A stretch of 64,000 bases of DNA from a virus, in IMG/VR virus record IMGVR_UViG_3300025030_000039, positions 188,878 to 252,877 of that record; one strand, 5' to 3'. Shown piece after piece: positions 1-8,620 of the stretch. The stretch's first letter is position 1, and every line of letters begins with the position of its first letter. A program made the position numbers and the translations under genes. Below the pieces are notes generated by a model. It made no database searches, was not told the DNA's origin, and was given only the letters and a program-made list of their open reading frames with translations.

Positions 1-488
1 TGATGCATTTGTTCCTTAAGATTTAATAATTTTGTATTTTTTCTTATAGAATTTTTTGTCCATTCAATTAATTTTAGAATTGCCTGTACAAGATCATTTA
101 AATCTGATGTATCAACCCATAAATTTCCTAATGCATCAATAAGTTTAAATGCAAATCCATATTTACTCAAATGAATAGTTATAACAGCATTTGCATTCAT
201 TTTAAATATTCTGGTTACTGCATCTGCTATAGTTCTTTCATCATTGATAACTTTAGAACAAATTAATATAGAACCTTTTTTCTTTTTAGGATAATCTTTA
301 GCAACTTCATTATTAATATTAGGCATCCAAATTATAAAATCATAATCAGGAACAAGATTTAAAGCATTTTGTAAATCATCTAAACTTCCACCGTTAACTT
401 TATGTGTTACTAAAAGGTCAGATAATTTATTAACAATTGAAGATTCTCTAGCATCACCAAAATTACCACCAACAATTAATTTTTTCAT
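1..488 (-). CDS. hypothetical protein, partial; ATG at 488-486, 3' end runs off the window start
   Basis: Open minus-strand frame (MKKLIVGGNFGDARESS...) from 488 to position 1 with no stop. The ATG overlaps the stop of the next gene in an ATGA-type junction. Confidence 0.35.
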   Translation of the reverse strand, partial: MKKLIVGGNFGDARESSIVNKLSDLLVTHKVNGGSLDDLQNALNLVPDYDFIIWMPNINNEVAKDYPKKKKGSILICSKVINDERTIADAVTRIFKMNANAVITIHLSKYGFAFKLIDALGNLWVDTSDLNDLVQAILKLIEWTKNSIRKNTKLLNLKEQMH

Positions 489-1025
489 TTATAATATTCC
501 TTTATCTTTTATACGTTCTGCAGCTACAACACTTATTAACCAATTTAATTGCATGCTTTTTATATTATATTTAATACAAAAATCATCTCCAAATTCTTTT
601 TGAAAATGATATAAATCACTATATTTTCTTATTTCATCAAGAATAGTAATTACTTCTCCTAATGTAATTCCATTTTTTATAAATTTAGAATCTTTAGTTA
701 ATGAAATTGGATTAAATTTACCTGCATATAAATTAAATTTATTTTTAATAGCATCTTCTTCTAATTCCTTTAATTTAATTAAACCATCTTCAGTTATTTC
801 TCTTAAGTGTGCAATACCTAATTTTGTTAATGATCCATGAGGTGTTGCGAAAAATGGAATTGAAAACATTTTTTCCCCATTAAATTGTCCCCATGAACCA
901 TCGGGACTTTCACCAACTATTCTTCCAATTACTTCACCCCACATACAAGGATATCCAAGTTCGTATTTTTTAATACTATCTTTTTTAATATCTATAAATC
1001 CAATTAAAGCCAATATATCCATCAT
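489..1025 (-). CDS. hypothetical protein (178 aa)
   Basis: Track ORF co-oriented and tightly packed with neighbours. No recognisable motif. Confidence 0.45.
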   Translation of the reverse strand: MMDILALIGFIDIKKDSIKKYELGYPCMWGEVIGRIVGESPDGSWGQFNGEKMFSIPFFATPHGSLTKLGIAHLREITEDGLIKLKELEEDAIKNKFNLYAGKFNPISLTKDSKFIKNGITLGEVITILDEIRKYSDLYHFQKEFGDDFCIKYNIKSMQLNWLISVVAAERIKDKGIL

Positions 1026-1267
1026 AATTTAAAATTTTGAATTAGTTTTAATTGTTCTTCTGTAATAACTATTGCATTTCCGAAATGTTGTTCAATTTCT
1101 GCAACTGATTCATCTAATTTATATTCAATATAATCATCAAAATCTTCAAATTCATCTATATCAAATTCTTCATCTTCAATTGAAAATGTAAATTTTTCAA
1201 TAGGACTTATATTATTATTTTTAACATTTTCCGGATATACTGATATCATATAAAACACTTTTACCAT
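1022..1267 (-). CDS. small acidic hypothetical protein (81 aa; D/E-rich)
   Basis: Track ORF with a 4-nt overlap to the downstream gene. Strongly acidic composition. Confidence 0.4.
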   Translation of the reverse strand: MVKVFYMISVYPENVKNNNISPIEKFTFSIEDEEFDIDEFEDFDDYIEYKLDESVAEIEQHFGNAIVITEEQLKLIQNFKL

Positions 1268-1361
1268 ATAATAAATATTTTAAATAAAGGTAAATATAAT
1301 AATTTAGATTCATAAATAAAAAAGGGAATCTTTATTCAAAATTCCCTTTAACTTTTTATTT

Positions 1362-1769
1362 TTACATAAAAGAAGATTGTGTTTCTTCTTTATCTATATT
1401 TTTATTTTTAATAATACTATTTATAATTTTTTTTTCTTCTAATTCTCTATTAGATTTTTTTCTAATACCATCAAAAGTTTGATATGGTGATACATCATCT
1501 CTTACTTTTCTATCTTTAGGATATTTATAATCTACATCTTTATGTGCATTAGAACTTCCACCTAATTTATCATCCCAAAACTTTTTAAAATCACTAAGGT
1601 TAGAATTAAAATATCTTATTTTACTTAAAATATCTTTATTTTCTAATCTAACATTTTCGTCTCCTTCTACTCTAAATTCTTCATATAATTTTTCAGTCTC
1701 TATTGCAGATAGACTATCTATAATCGACAATATGCGATTATAATCATTAAACTCAATTAGATTTTCCAT
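1362..1769 (-). CDS. hypothetical protein (135 aa)
   Basis: Track ORF, the last gene of the minus block before the divergent promoter region. Confidence 0.4.
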   Translation of the reverse strand: MENLIEFNDYNRILSIIDSLSAIETEKLYEEFRVEGDENVRLENKDILSKIRYFNSNLSDFKKFWDDKLGGSSNAHKDVDYKYPKDRKVRDDVSPYQTFDGIRKKSNRELEEKKIINSIIKNKNIDKEETQSSFM

Positions 1770-1780
1770 ATATTATTTTT

Positions 1781-1802
1781 AAAACTTTTTTATTATATTT
1801 AC
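1781..1802 (+). promoter_or_regulatory. conserved promoter-like motif, class A (AAAACTTTTTTATTATATTTAC), ~20 nt upstream of the ATG at 1823
   Basis: Near-identical 22-mers recur at 28761, 33451 and 43346, each 15-30 nt before the first ATG of a plus-strand gene run. This copy sits in the divergent intergenic region 1770-1822. Confidence 0.45.
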
Positions 1803-1822
1803 CCTTATTTAATTATATATTT

Positions 1823-2206
1823 ATGGAAATTAAATTAACCAACGAAGAATCAGAAGAATATTTCTATAACGCATTAAGTAATGGCGGATTATCACTTTTA
1901 GAAAATTCTGGTATTATTTTATCTTACGATAAAGATCAATATAAATTAGCAGCAGAGAAATTAACAGATTCATGTTTTGAAGATGTTTTAATGCAAATTT
2001 TAATAGATGGAAATAAATTATCTTTTATTGATTTAGAAGGTGATGGAGAATATTCAAGAGAAGTAACATTAGAACTTGTGCATCAAAGAGTCAATAAAAT
2101 GCCTCAAAAACATTTATTAGATTTAGTACAAGAAAATGATGATGCAATAACAGCAGATGTTTTGTTGCAAAGTGTTTTATACGACGGTGAAATAATATTT
2201 GGATAA
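1823..2206 (+). CDS. hypothetical protein (127 aa)
   Basis: First ORF after the class A promoter motif. Overlaps the next ORF by 8 nt. Confidence 0.45.
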   Translation: MEIKLTNEESEEYFYNALSNGGLSLLENSGIILSYDKDQYKLAAEKLTDSCFEDVLMQILIDGNKLSFIDLEGDGEYSREVTLELVHQRVNKMPQKHLLDLVQENDDAITADVLLQSVLYDGEIIFG

Positions 2207-2663
2207 AATGAAAAGAATTATTTTAGTAGATGATAATCATTATAAAGGCTGGGATGTTTTATTTAAACATATAATTAAAGACATTTATGGTGATTTAGTA
2301 GAATATAGTTATGTTGATTTTTTAAATAAAACAGAAAGTCAAATACATGTTGAATTAGATAAATTATTTAGAAGTGCAAATGAAGATACAATATTTATTT
2401 TAGATAATCAACTTGGACTATCTTTAACTGGATTAGATTATTTAAAACTTTATAAAATTAATGCTATATTAAATACTGCTGATAGTATTGGATTTGAAGC
2501 AGCTAAAAATGGAGCTTTATTTTATATGATGAAAGATAATCCTTCTAATCCAATGAGTAATGAAGAATTAAAAAATATGATGATTTTATTTCATAAAACT
2601 ATAATTAAACATTTTAGATTTATTCCAGAATTAATATGGCTAGTTTACAATAAATTAAATTAA
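2199..2663 (+). CDS. hypothetical protein with possible CheY-like receiver fold
   Basis: N-terminal RIILVDDN acidic pair, a later ILDNQLG stretch and YMMKDNP give a weak resemblance to response-regulator receiver domains. Not confirmed. Confidence 0.4.
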   Translation: MDKMKRIILVDDNHYKGWDVLFKHIIKDIYGDLVEYSYVDFLNKTESQIHVELDKLFRSANEDTIFILDNQLGLSLTGLDYLKLYKINAILNTADSIGFEAAKNGALFYMMKDNPSNPMSNEELKNMMILFHKTIIKHFRFIPELIWLVYNKLN

Positions 2664-2668
2664 GTATT

Positions 2669-3076
2669 ATGAAAATGTATATACCTGAAATAGGAAATAA
2701 AATTCAATTATTAAATGATTGGAGTTTTAATCTTTATCCTGAACGAAGAAATGATTCTTTAATTGATTTATTAAATAAAAAATTTTCATATAATTGGTTA
2801 TATGAAGAAGTTGATGGTGAATCGAAAGCTGTTTATGTATTAATTGAATCTACTTTAGCAGATGATATTTATAATAAAATATGGCGTATTAAAAATCCCG
2901 ATTTTCATGATGAAAGAATTAAATTATTTAAAATAGCTCAAAACGATGGATATGTGTTTAAATATTTATTAAGTACTATACATAAAGATTCTATTTTAAC
3001 TATAGATAGAGTTTATATAAGAAAAGGAGCATCAGATTATAGTTCAATATCTTTTAGACTAGATAAAAAAGTATAA
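2669..3076 (+). CDS. hypothetical protein (135 aa)
   Basis: Track ORF in the plus run, followed by a perfect hairpin. Confidence 0.45.
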   Translation: MKMYIPEIGNKIQLLNDWSFNLYPERRNDSLIDLLNKKFSYNWLYEEVDGESKAVYVLIESTLADDIYNKIWRIKNPDFHDERIKLFKIAQNDGYVFKYLLSTIHKDSILTIDRVYIRKGASDYSSISFRLDKKV

Positions 3077-3119
3077 TTGATATAAATTATCAAACAAAAC
3101 AAACATTTCAAACAATAAA

Positions 3120-3149
3120 ATCATCTAATTTTGCCCAAAATTAGATGAT
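3120..3149 (+). terminator. perfect 13-bp stem hairpin (ATCATCTAATTTT-GCCC-AAAATTAGATGAT)
   Basis: Seen directly in the intergenic region after the 2669-3076 gene. There is no strong U-run after it on the plus strand, so the terminator function is tentative. Confidence 0.35.
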
Positions 3150-3192
3150 GTTAATAAAATAGAATTTAGTTTAATTAATTAAAAATATTATT

Positions 3193-3633
3193 ATGATGAC
3201 GTCTTATTATTCAGAACAAGAACTTCAAAATTATATTAGTGTAAAAGATAAAGATCTTAATACTTTATTTCAAGAATTACGAAAATTAATTCCAGATAGA
3301 TATTATTTAAGAGAATCTAGTGTAACTCTTAAAAATTTCTTTAGAGTTAAAAAGAAAGAACTTACTTTTTATAGCCTATTATTTAGATATGGAAATGATA
3401 ATGATTTTGAATGTCAAAATATAAATTTTGAAGTTACAGGTTCAAAATCTTCAATAAATATTAGTGTTGAAAAATCATACATTATGTCAATGTTTTACGG
3501 TCTAATAAACGGTTATAGTCACGCAATAAATAAAAATAAACAAAAAGTAAACATTAAGCAATATCTTCATAAAAATATTAAGCAAGAAAAAGAATTAAAA
3601 CGAAATATTTATGAAAACATTATTGTCGAATAA
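3193..3633 (+). CDS. hypothetical protein (146 aa)
   Basis: Track ORF. Confidence 0.45.
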   Translation: MMTSYYSEQELQNYISVKDKDLNTLFQELRKLIPDRYYLRESSVTLKNFFRVKKKELTFYSLLFRYGNDNDFECQNINFEVTGSKSSINISVEKSYIMSMFYGLINGYSHAINKNKQKVNIKQYLHKNIKQEKELKRNIYENIIVE

Positions 3634-3916
3634 CGATATAAAAAATTTAAACGATTTAGGATTTAAATTAAATATAACATCTAATTCAATAAAATATTTT
3701 ATTTATAAAGTAAGATATAATTATTTTATTGAATTAGATGTGCATGAAACAGAATCATCGATTTTAATAAAGGTTTCAAACAGATATGAAGATAAAAATT
3801 TTACCATATTTAATGGCACTTTTCAATCTATTGATTCATTAAAATATGTTTTATCAATAAGTAATATTGAAGATTGTGAATTAAAACAAAAATGTATAAC
3901 AAGTATTAAATACTAG
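3611..3916 (+). CDS. hypothetical protein (101 aa); ends with TAG
   Basis: Track ORF overlapping the upstream gene by 23 nt. Its stop codon is TAG, which argues against global TAG recoding. Confidence 0.4.
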   Translation: MKTLLSNNDIKNLNDLGFKLNITSNSIKYFIYKVRYNYFIELDVHETESSILIKVSNRYEDKNFTIFNGTFQSIDSLKYVLSISNIEDCELKQKCITSIKY

Positions 3917-3917
3917 A

Positions 3918-4199
3918 ATGAAAACATATTTTTTACAAAACATTACAAAAAAATGGAATAAAATCTCAAATAAATATGGTAATGATCCTTTATTTGTTAC
4001 TGCTATATTTTTTCCATTAGTTATCGTAGCATCTATATCATTTATGATAAGTATATTTTATAGTCATAGATTTTTCTGTGACTTTTTTGGCTGGCATAGA
4101 AGTAAAGATATTCTTATTAATAATTCTACTAAAACAGGTCACTGTGCTAGATGTGGAATGCAAAATTTAACAAAAGATTCAAACAATAATTGGTATTAA
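3918..4199 (+). CDS. small membrane protein (one hydrophobic helix, Cys/His-rich tail)
   Basis: Track ORF with a FFPLVIVASISFMISIF hydrophobic segment. Confidence 0.4.
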   Translation: MKTYFLQNITKKWNKISNKYGNDPLFVTAIFFPLVIVASISFMISIFYSHRFFCDFFGWHRSKDILINNSTKTGHCARCGMQNLTKDSNNNWY

Positions 4200-4471
4200 A
4201 CATGGAAGATTATCATTTAAAAAATAAAAAAATACTTACTATTGCTAAAAATATTTTTGGCGATATAGTTAAAAATGCTTATATAGCTTATTTTGATAAA
4301 GATTTAATTTCAGGATTGGTTTCATCTTATAAAAAATTAAAAGATGATAGTATATTATTACCTTACGATAGTGATGATATTGTATTAGAATTTAGTAATG
4401 GAAATTTAGTTAAATTTTCTAATTCTGAATGGGCTAGTATATCTAAAATTGAAACATTAAATATAATTTAA
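4190..4471 (+). CDS. hypothetical protein (93 aa)
   Basis: Track ORF. Confidence 0.4.
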   Translation: MVLNMEDYHLKNKKILTIAKNIFGDIVKNAYIAYFDKDLISGLVSSYKKLKDDSILLPYDSDDIVLEFSNGNLVKFSNSEWASISKIETLNII

Positions 4472-4672
4472 ATGGACGAAACACCAATTTCAGTTTTATT
4501 AAAACAGATTAAATTTTATAATCAATTTATCAATTCGCTTACAACAAAAGAAGGTATTGATGAAAATGCTTCTCAAAAGAAGTTAAATAAATTGATAAAA
4601 GAATGTAAAATAAAAATAAAAGAGTTTAAAAGAGCAATTAAAATTTTAAAAGAATATGAAATTAAAAGTTGA
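4472..4672 (+). CDS. hypothetical protein (66 aa)
   Basis: Track ORF. Confidence 0.35.
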   Translation: MDETPISVLLKQIKFYNQFINSLTTKEGIDENASQKKLNKLIKECKIKIKEFKRAIKILKEYEIKS

Positions 4673-4910
4673 ATTTAACGATGCTATTAAAGGTAATTTA
4701 TCAGCTAAAAAACTTTTTATTATAACGTTAGTTGACGAAGAAGATACATCTAATACTTTATGGTTAGCAAATGATGAAAATGAATTACACGATCTTGCAA
4801 AACAAAATATCGATGATGGAATTTTCGGAACAAAAGAAGAATTTAATAAAGCCTTTAAAGAAGACTGGGGAAGAATTATTTTATATAAAGAAATAGGAAG
4901 TATTTGTTAA
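4656..4910 (+). CDS. hypothetical protein (84 aa)
   Basis: Track ORF, the last of the plus run. Convergent with the minus gene at 4907. Confidence 0.4.
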   Translation: MKLKVEFNDAIKGNLSAKKLFIITLVDEEDTSNTLWLANDENELHDLAKQNIDDGIFGTKEEFNKAFKEDWGRIILYKEIGSIC

Positions 4911-5233
4911 TTTTCTTTTTCTAAGAGAGCATAGTATTCTTTACAATGATCACATTGTATTTTACATTTAGACTGTCCTTCTATATCGCATTGGCAATAA
5001 AATTTTCTATTTATTCCTAAAATACAAAATTTAAATTCTTGTAAATTATTTTTAATTAAAAAATATCTATAAGATATTTCTTCTAACACTATTTTAAAAT
5101 AATTTTGTTTTTTATCCATTTTTACACCAATAAAATCCAGGAAAATACGATTCTTCCGTTTCATAATTCCAATCATCATCCCAATAATAGTATTCACTAC
5201 ATATTGGACAATTTCCATTATCATAATCTTCAA
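4907..5233 (-). CDS. Cys-rich hypothetical protein (108 aa; CQCD...CKIQCDHC)
   Basis: Track ORF with putative zinc-binding Cys clusters at the C-terminus. Confidence 0.4.
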   Translation of the reverse strand: MKIMIMEIVQYVVNTIIGMMIGIMKRKNRIFLDFIGVKMDKKQNYFKIVLEEISYRYFLIKNNLQEFKFCILGINRKFYCQCDIEGQSKCKIQCDHCKEYYALLEKEN

Positions 5234-5278
5234 CCAAAAATTTATGTTTACAGTTAGGACATTCTATTTCATTCATAA

Positions 5279-5509
5279 TCAAATGGACATTACAACATAA
5301 CCTTCTTCTATTCCAAATTGACCACCTTCTAAAATATAATTAACAGTTCTAGCCATCATTCTTCCTGTATATTGTTCACCATTCCATTCTTTTAAAATAA
5401 GTGTATCTCCATTTTGAAAATTACGATCATTCTTTCTTACTTCAAATGTTTTATGACACATAAACATTTCCTGAAAATATTTAGAAGTAGTTTTTAATTC
5501 GTGTATCAT
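5279..5509 (-). CDS. ASCH/DUF3850-like protein (PUA-like fold)
   Basis: HELKTxxxYFQ...KTFEVRKNDRNFQ.GDTL.L.E......YTGR...V.YIL.GG.FG..EGY.VMSI is the characteristic DUF3850/ASCH signature, recalled from memory. Confidence 0.6.
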   Translation of the reverse strand: MIHELKTTSKYFQEMFMCHKTFEVRKNDRNFQNGDTLILKEWNGEQYTGRMMARTVNYILEGGQFGIEEGYVVMSI

Positions 5510-5510
5510 G

Positions 5511-5753
5511 TTATATTTTATTTTGTTCTCTTATATTTTGTTCAAGTTCAAGCATTCCTGAAAAACAATCTCTTATATATGAATGTAATTTACCTAATTC
5601 ATATCCATATACAACATCATCTTTCTCTCCGTTACATAAATCTCTAATTGTATCGCCATGCATTTCAAACATTCGTCTATAATGCTCTATCTGCTCGAAT
5701 TGATCATTTGTTATATATATTTTAGTTTCTTTCTTTTTACTTTTATTTTTCAT
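5511..5753 (-). CDS. hypothetical protein (80 aa)
   Basis: Track ORF with a 2-nt gap to the ASCH gene. Confidence 0.4.
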   Translation of the reverse strand: MKNKSKKKETKIYITNDQFEQIEHYRRMFEMHGDTIRDLCNGEKDDVVYGYELGKLHSYIRDCFSGMLELEQNIREQNKI

Positions 5754-6087
5754 ATATTTTCAAATTTTGTTAATTTTTAAAATAAAATAGTCAGAGGTTT
5801 CAGGTATTTCTCCTTAATAATAGACATTTGCAACTGCTATTAAATGTACTTGACTATTTTATTATTTAAAAATAACTATTGGATTATTATTACGCCGTAC
5901 GGGAAATGTAGAGCTTTCGGCACTCTCCTGGAATCATTTTCAGATCTCGCCACTAATAATAGTTTATTTCCACTCCAATAGTTATTCAGTTTCGCCCCCT
6001 GTATAGATAGTTTATACTCTATCAGATGCCCATGGTCAGCCATAGCTCTTTTTGATTATATCTAAATTGTTAGAAAGGGAGCCACCT

Positions 6088-6576
6088 CTATTTATCTTTT
6101 AAAAATTTTTCTAATAAATCTAACATTTCTTCAATTGACCAATTTTTATTTATAAATTTATAACTTCCGTCTTCAGTATCTTCAAATGCAGGATAAATAT
6201 AATACTTATGAATAACTGACACATGATCTTTAGGCTGTATATTAACGCAATAACCTGTATCTTTACAAAGAGCTTCAATTTTTTTATCTAGTTCTTTACA
6301 TTTTTTTCGGCTTTCGGCTTTTTGCCAAAAATTTATAAATGGAATATATTTACCTTCTTCCCATAAAGGATAAGTAATAAAATTTTCAGATATAAATGGA
6401 ATTAATTTTTCAATTTGTTTATGTATTTTATTTTGTGCATTTGAATTTTTAATTAAATCATCTTTAATTTCACCTAAATCTTCAAATATATGATTAGGTA
6501 AATTTGAATAATTATTTTTTAAATATTCAATTACACTAATTAAATTTGTTCTTTCATTTTTCATTTCATTTTTCAT
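6088..6576 (-). CDS. hypothetical protein (162 aa)
   Basis: Track ORF. Confidence 0.45.
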   Translation of the reverse strand: MKNEMKNERTNLISVIEYLKNNYSNLPNHIFEDLGEIKDDLIKNSNAQNKIHKQIEKLIPFISENFITYPLWEEGKYIPFINFWQKAESRKKCKELDKKIEALCKDTGYCVNIQPKDHVSVIHKYYIYPAFEDTEDGSYKFINKNWSIEEMLDLLEKFLKDK

Positions 6577-6751
6577 TTAAAAAGTTATCATAAATTTCTA
6601 AATATTTTTCACTAACACCTTCTATACTATACGGCAAAAAACTTTTATCATATTTTTTCCAATGATTCCAATATTTTTTAACTTGTTCTTCTAATTTAAT
6701 ATCTTTATCATTAACTTTTCTATGTAAAGACGTGAAAATTATTCCTGACAT
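6566..6751 (-). CDS. hypothetical protein, C-terminal part of a frame interrupted by an in-frame TAG
   Basis: Track ORF. Its frame continues upstream through a single TAG (6821-6823) to an ATG at 6976. Confidence 0.4.
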   Translation of the reverse strand: MSGIIFTSLHRKVNDKDIKLEEQVKKYWNHWKKYDKSFLPYSIEGVSEKYLEIYDNFLNEK

Positions 6752-6823
6752 ATCATCAGCGTGAACAATCCCAATAGTATTAAAATATTTATGTAAATTA
6801 CTTTCTTTATTCCATAATCCCTA

Positions 6824-6976
6824 ATTATTTCTAATAGCTGTTCCAAAACCATGATGAATAGTTGAAATAGCATCTGTTTCATTGTTTTCAGCAAATCTTT
6901 TTAATTCAGTTATATCTGTATTTTTTATTAAAGCGTCTAAACTTTCTTCTAAATTTTTAGGTTTAATTTCTTTCAT
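6824..6976 (-). CDS. N-terminal 51-codon segment, in frame with 6566-6751 across a single TAG
   Basis: ATG at 6976-6974 overlaps the TGA of the upstream gene (ATGA). The frame (positions congruent to 1 mod 3) is identical to that of 6566-6751 and is interrupted only by TAG at 6823-6821. Confidence 0.3.
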
Positions 6977-7404
6977 AATATGTTCTTTAATTTTTCATTT
7001 CGTATACAGTTTATATTATCACATTGATGTTTTCCTGGTCTAACTAAAGTTAATTTTTCTCCACAATCTCCACATGCATAAATTAATTCTAGTTCTGAAT
7101 CAGCATTAATTATCGTAATTTCTTTTAATAAGTTTTTATTTCTTTGTAAATCTTCTTCTAATCTTTTAATATATGTAGTCATCCTATCAATTATATAATT
7201 AATTAGTAAATTATCATTTATTAAATTTTTATCAGATGTTGGATATGCAAAATGAAATTTATTACTATATTTATTGATATAGTAATAAATTTCATTTGAG
7301 CATTTTATAATTTTAGTTCCACCGTCTCTTATAGTATCGATAAAGGTTACACTAAAAAATTTACCACCTTTTATTACATATTTTTTAATTAATTCTTCTT
7401 CCAT
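6973..7404 (-). CDS. hypothetical protein with C-terminal Zn-ribbon (CGDCG...CDNINC)
   Basis: Track ORF. Confidence 0.45.
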   Translation of the reverse strand: MEEELIKKYVIKGGKFFSVTFIDTIRDGGTKIIKCSNEIYYYINKYSNKFHFAYPTSDKNLINDNLLINYIIDRMTTYIKRLEEDLQRNKNLLKEITIINADSELELIYACGDCGEKLTLVRPGKHQCDNINCIRNEKLKNIL

Positions 7405-7406
7405 AA

Positions 7407-7775
7407 TTATCTATCTACTTCTATTATAGCATCCGGATGTTCTATACATGCATTTAAATATTTTTCAATCCATGGAACGAAATGAATATATAATCCCCAT
7501 CCATTAGATGCATTAAATTGTTCATAAAATTCAGGTCTAGTTTTCATATCTTCTAAACCATTAGTAAGAGGTTCTATTAATTCGCTAGCTTTGGTTATAT
7601 TAATTTCTTCAGGCCTCCATAAATGATAATATATTCCAGCCTCAGCTGCCATTTTTCCTAAATTATGTGTAATGTTTTGACCAAAATATATTTCATAATC
7701 TTCATATACACTATGACAATGATCACATTCTTTTTTAACTTTTTCTTTACTCTTTAAACTTACATCTAAACTCAT
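7407..7775 (-). CDS. hypothetical protein (122 aa; N-terminal CDHCH)
   Basis: Track ORF. Confidence 0.45.
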   Translation of the reverse strand: MSLDVSLKSKEKVKKECDHCHSVYEDYEIYFGQNITHNLGKMAAEAGIYYHLWRPEEINITKASELIEPLTNGLEDMKTRPEFYEQFNASNGWGLYIHFVPWIEKYLNACIEHPDAIIEVDR

Positions 7776-7784
7776 AAAATATTT

Positions 7785-8069
7785 TTAATTATACAATAAT
7801 TCAGTAAGATTATATTCTAATTTATTTCTTTTTTCTAAATCTTTAATAGCTTGTTCAAATCTTTCAGCTGTTAATTCTTTTAAAGATGAAATCATAAACC
7901 TTTGTGTTATAGTAGTAAATACTTCATAACTACCATCGTTATATTTTCTTATATTGATTCCATCTTTAATATACTCTGTTATTTCTTCATTCATTATTTG
8001 TCCTTTCTTTTTCTTTCTTTTTTTTGTATTGTTCAAATTGTAATGCATCAAATAAATATTCAACACCAA
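7785..8069 (-). CDS. hypothetical protein, possibly the 3' half of a frameshifted gene
   Basis: Overlaps 7987-8298 by 83 nt in an adjacent frame. The overlap contains a T8/A8 homopolymer at 8018-8025. Confidence 0.35.
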   Translation of the reverse strand: MVLNIYLMHYNLNNTKKRKKKKGQIMNEEITEYIKDGINIRKYNDGSYEVFTTITQRFMISSLKELTAERFEQAIKDLEKRNKLEYNLTELLYN

Positions 8070-8298
8070 ACCATCCGTATAAATCTCTTAATTTATAATT
8101 AAATTTATGAAACTTTAATATTTCATCAATAGTTAATTCAGGTAAATCTCTTTCAATACATCCTTTAAATGAATCAAATCTTGATTTAAAAGATTCATAT
8201 TCTCCAACTCCTGATATTAAATATCCATCTCTAGTTTTTCTTATTAAATTTACAAAATCTTCTAAAGACTCTAAATTATCAAAATATTTATTATCCAT
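7987..8298 (-). CDS. hypothetical protein, possibly the 5' half of a frameshifted gene
   Basis: Track ORF. See the A8 tract in the overlap with 7785-8069. Confidence 0.4.
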   Translation of the reverse strand: MDNKYFDNLESLEDFVNLIRKTRDGYLISGVGEYESFKSRFDSFKGCIERDLPELTIDEILKFHKFNYKLRDLYGWFGVEYLFDALQFEQYKKKKEKERTNNE

Positions 8299-8299
8299 A

Positions 8300-8494
8300 T
8301 TAATATGTTATTTTTCCTAAATTAATTAACTCATCTAAAATATTATCTAAGTATAAATCTAAATGTTCTTTAATTCGTTCTTTTAAATAAAAATTTTGTT
8401 CTTCAAGATTTGCATTATTCCAATTATCTTCATTTACATCTACTTTTATTATTAGTTCATTAAATTTAACTTTTATTTTAAGTTCTTTTTCCAT
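8300..8494 (-). CDS. hypothetical protein (64 aa)
   Basis: Track ORF with a 1-nt gap to the downstream gene. Confidence 0.35.
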   Translation of the reverse strand: MEKELKIKVKFNELIIKVDVNEDNWNNANLEEQNFYLKERIKEHLDLYLDNILDELINLGKITY

Positions 8495-8620
8495 TTTTTA
8501 AATAAGTTTTTTGATATTTTCGTAATTTAATTTTAGATTTAGTACCATCTGCATTAATAACTAAGCAATATTTTTCTATAAAATATACAATATTAGATTT
8601 ACATTTTTCAAATTCTGTCA

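Noticed and set aside
3611-6976. Genome-wide stop-codon reassignment (TAG or TGA recoding), as seen in some large phages.
   Set aside because: Standard-code ORFs tile the window almost without gaps. TAA, TAG and TGA all occur as terminal stops of well-formed genes (TAG ends 3611-3916, for example). Only one in-frame TAG case was found (6821-6823), so local mutation or read-through is more likely than recoding.
7902-8102. Antisense or overlapping track ORFs: 7902-8102, 9866-10204, 11945-12223, 16213-16446, 17189-17383, 17746-17961, 19105-19320, 21643-21900, 22195-22650, 23050-23262, 24011-24232, 25789-26004, 26443-26637, 26953-27153, 35410-35652, 35529-35984, 40565-40915, 44218-44430, 46185-46376, 48028-48246, 51713-52090, 52272-52616, 52343-52525, 56174-56404, 57012-57227 and 15877-16077.
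   Set aside because: Each lies opposite or out of frame within a longer, better-supported gene. Most have F/L/I-rich junk-like translations typical of AT-rich antisense frames. The ORFs opposite 51750-52631 are artefacts of the GCAGC repeat.
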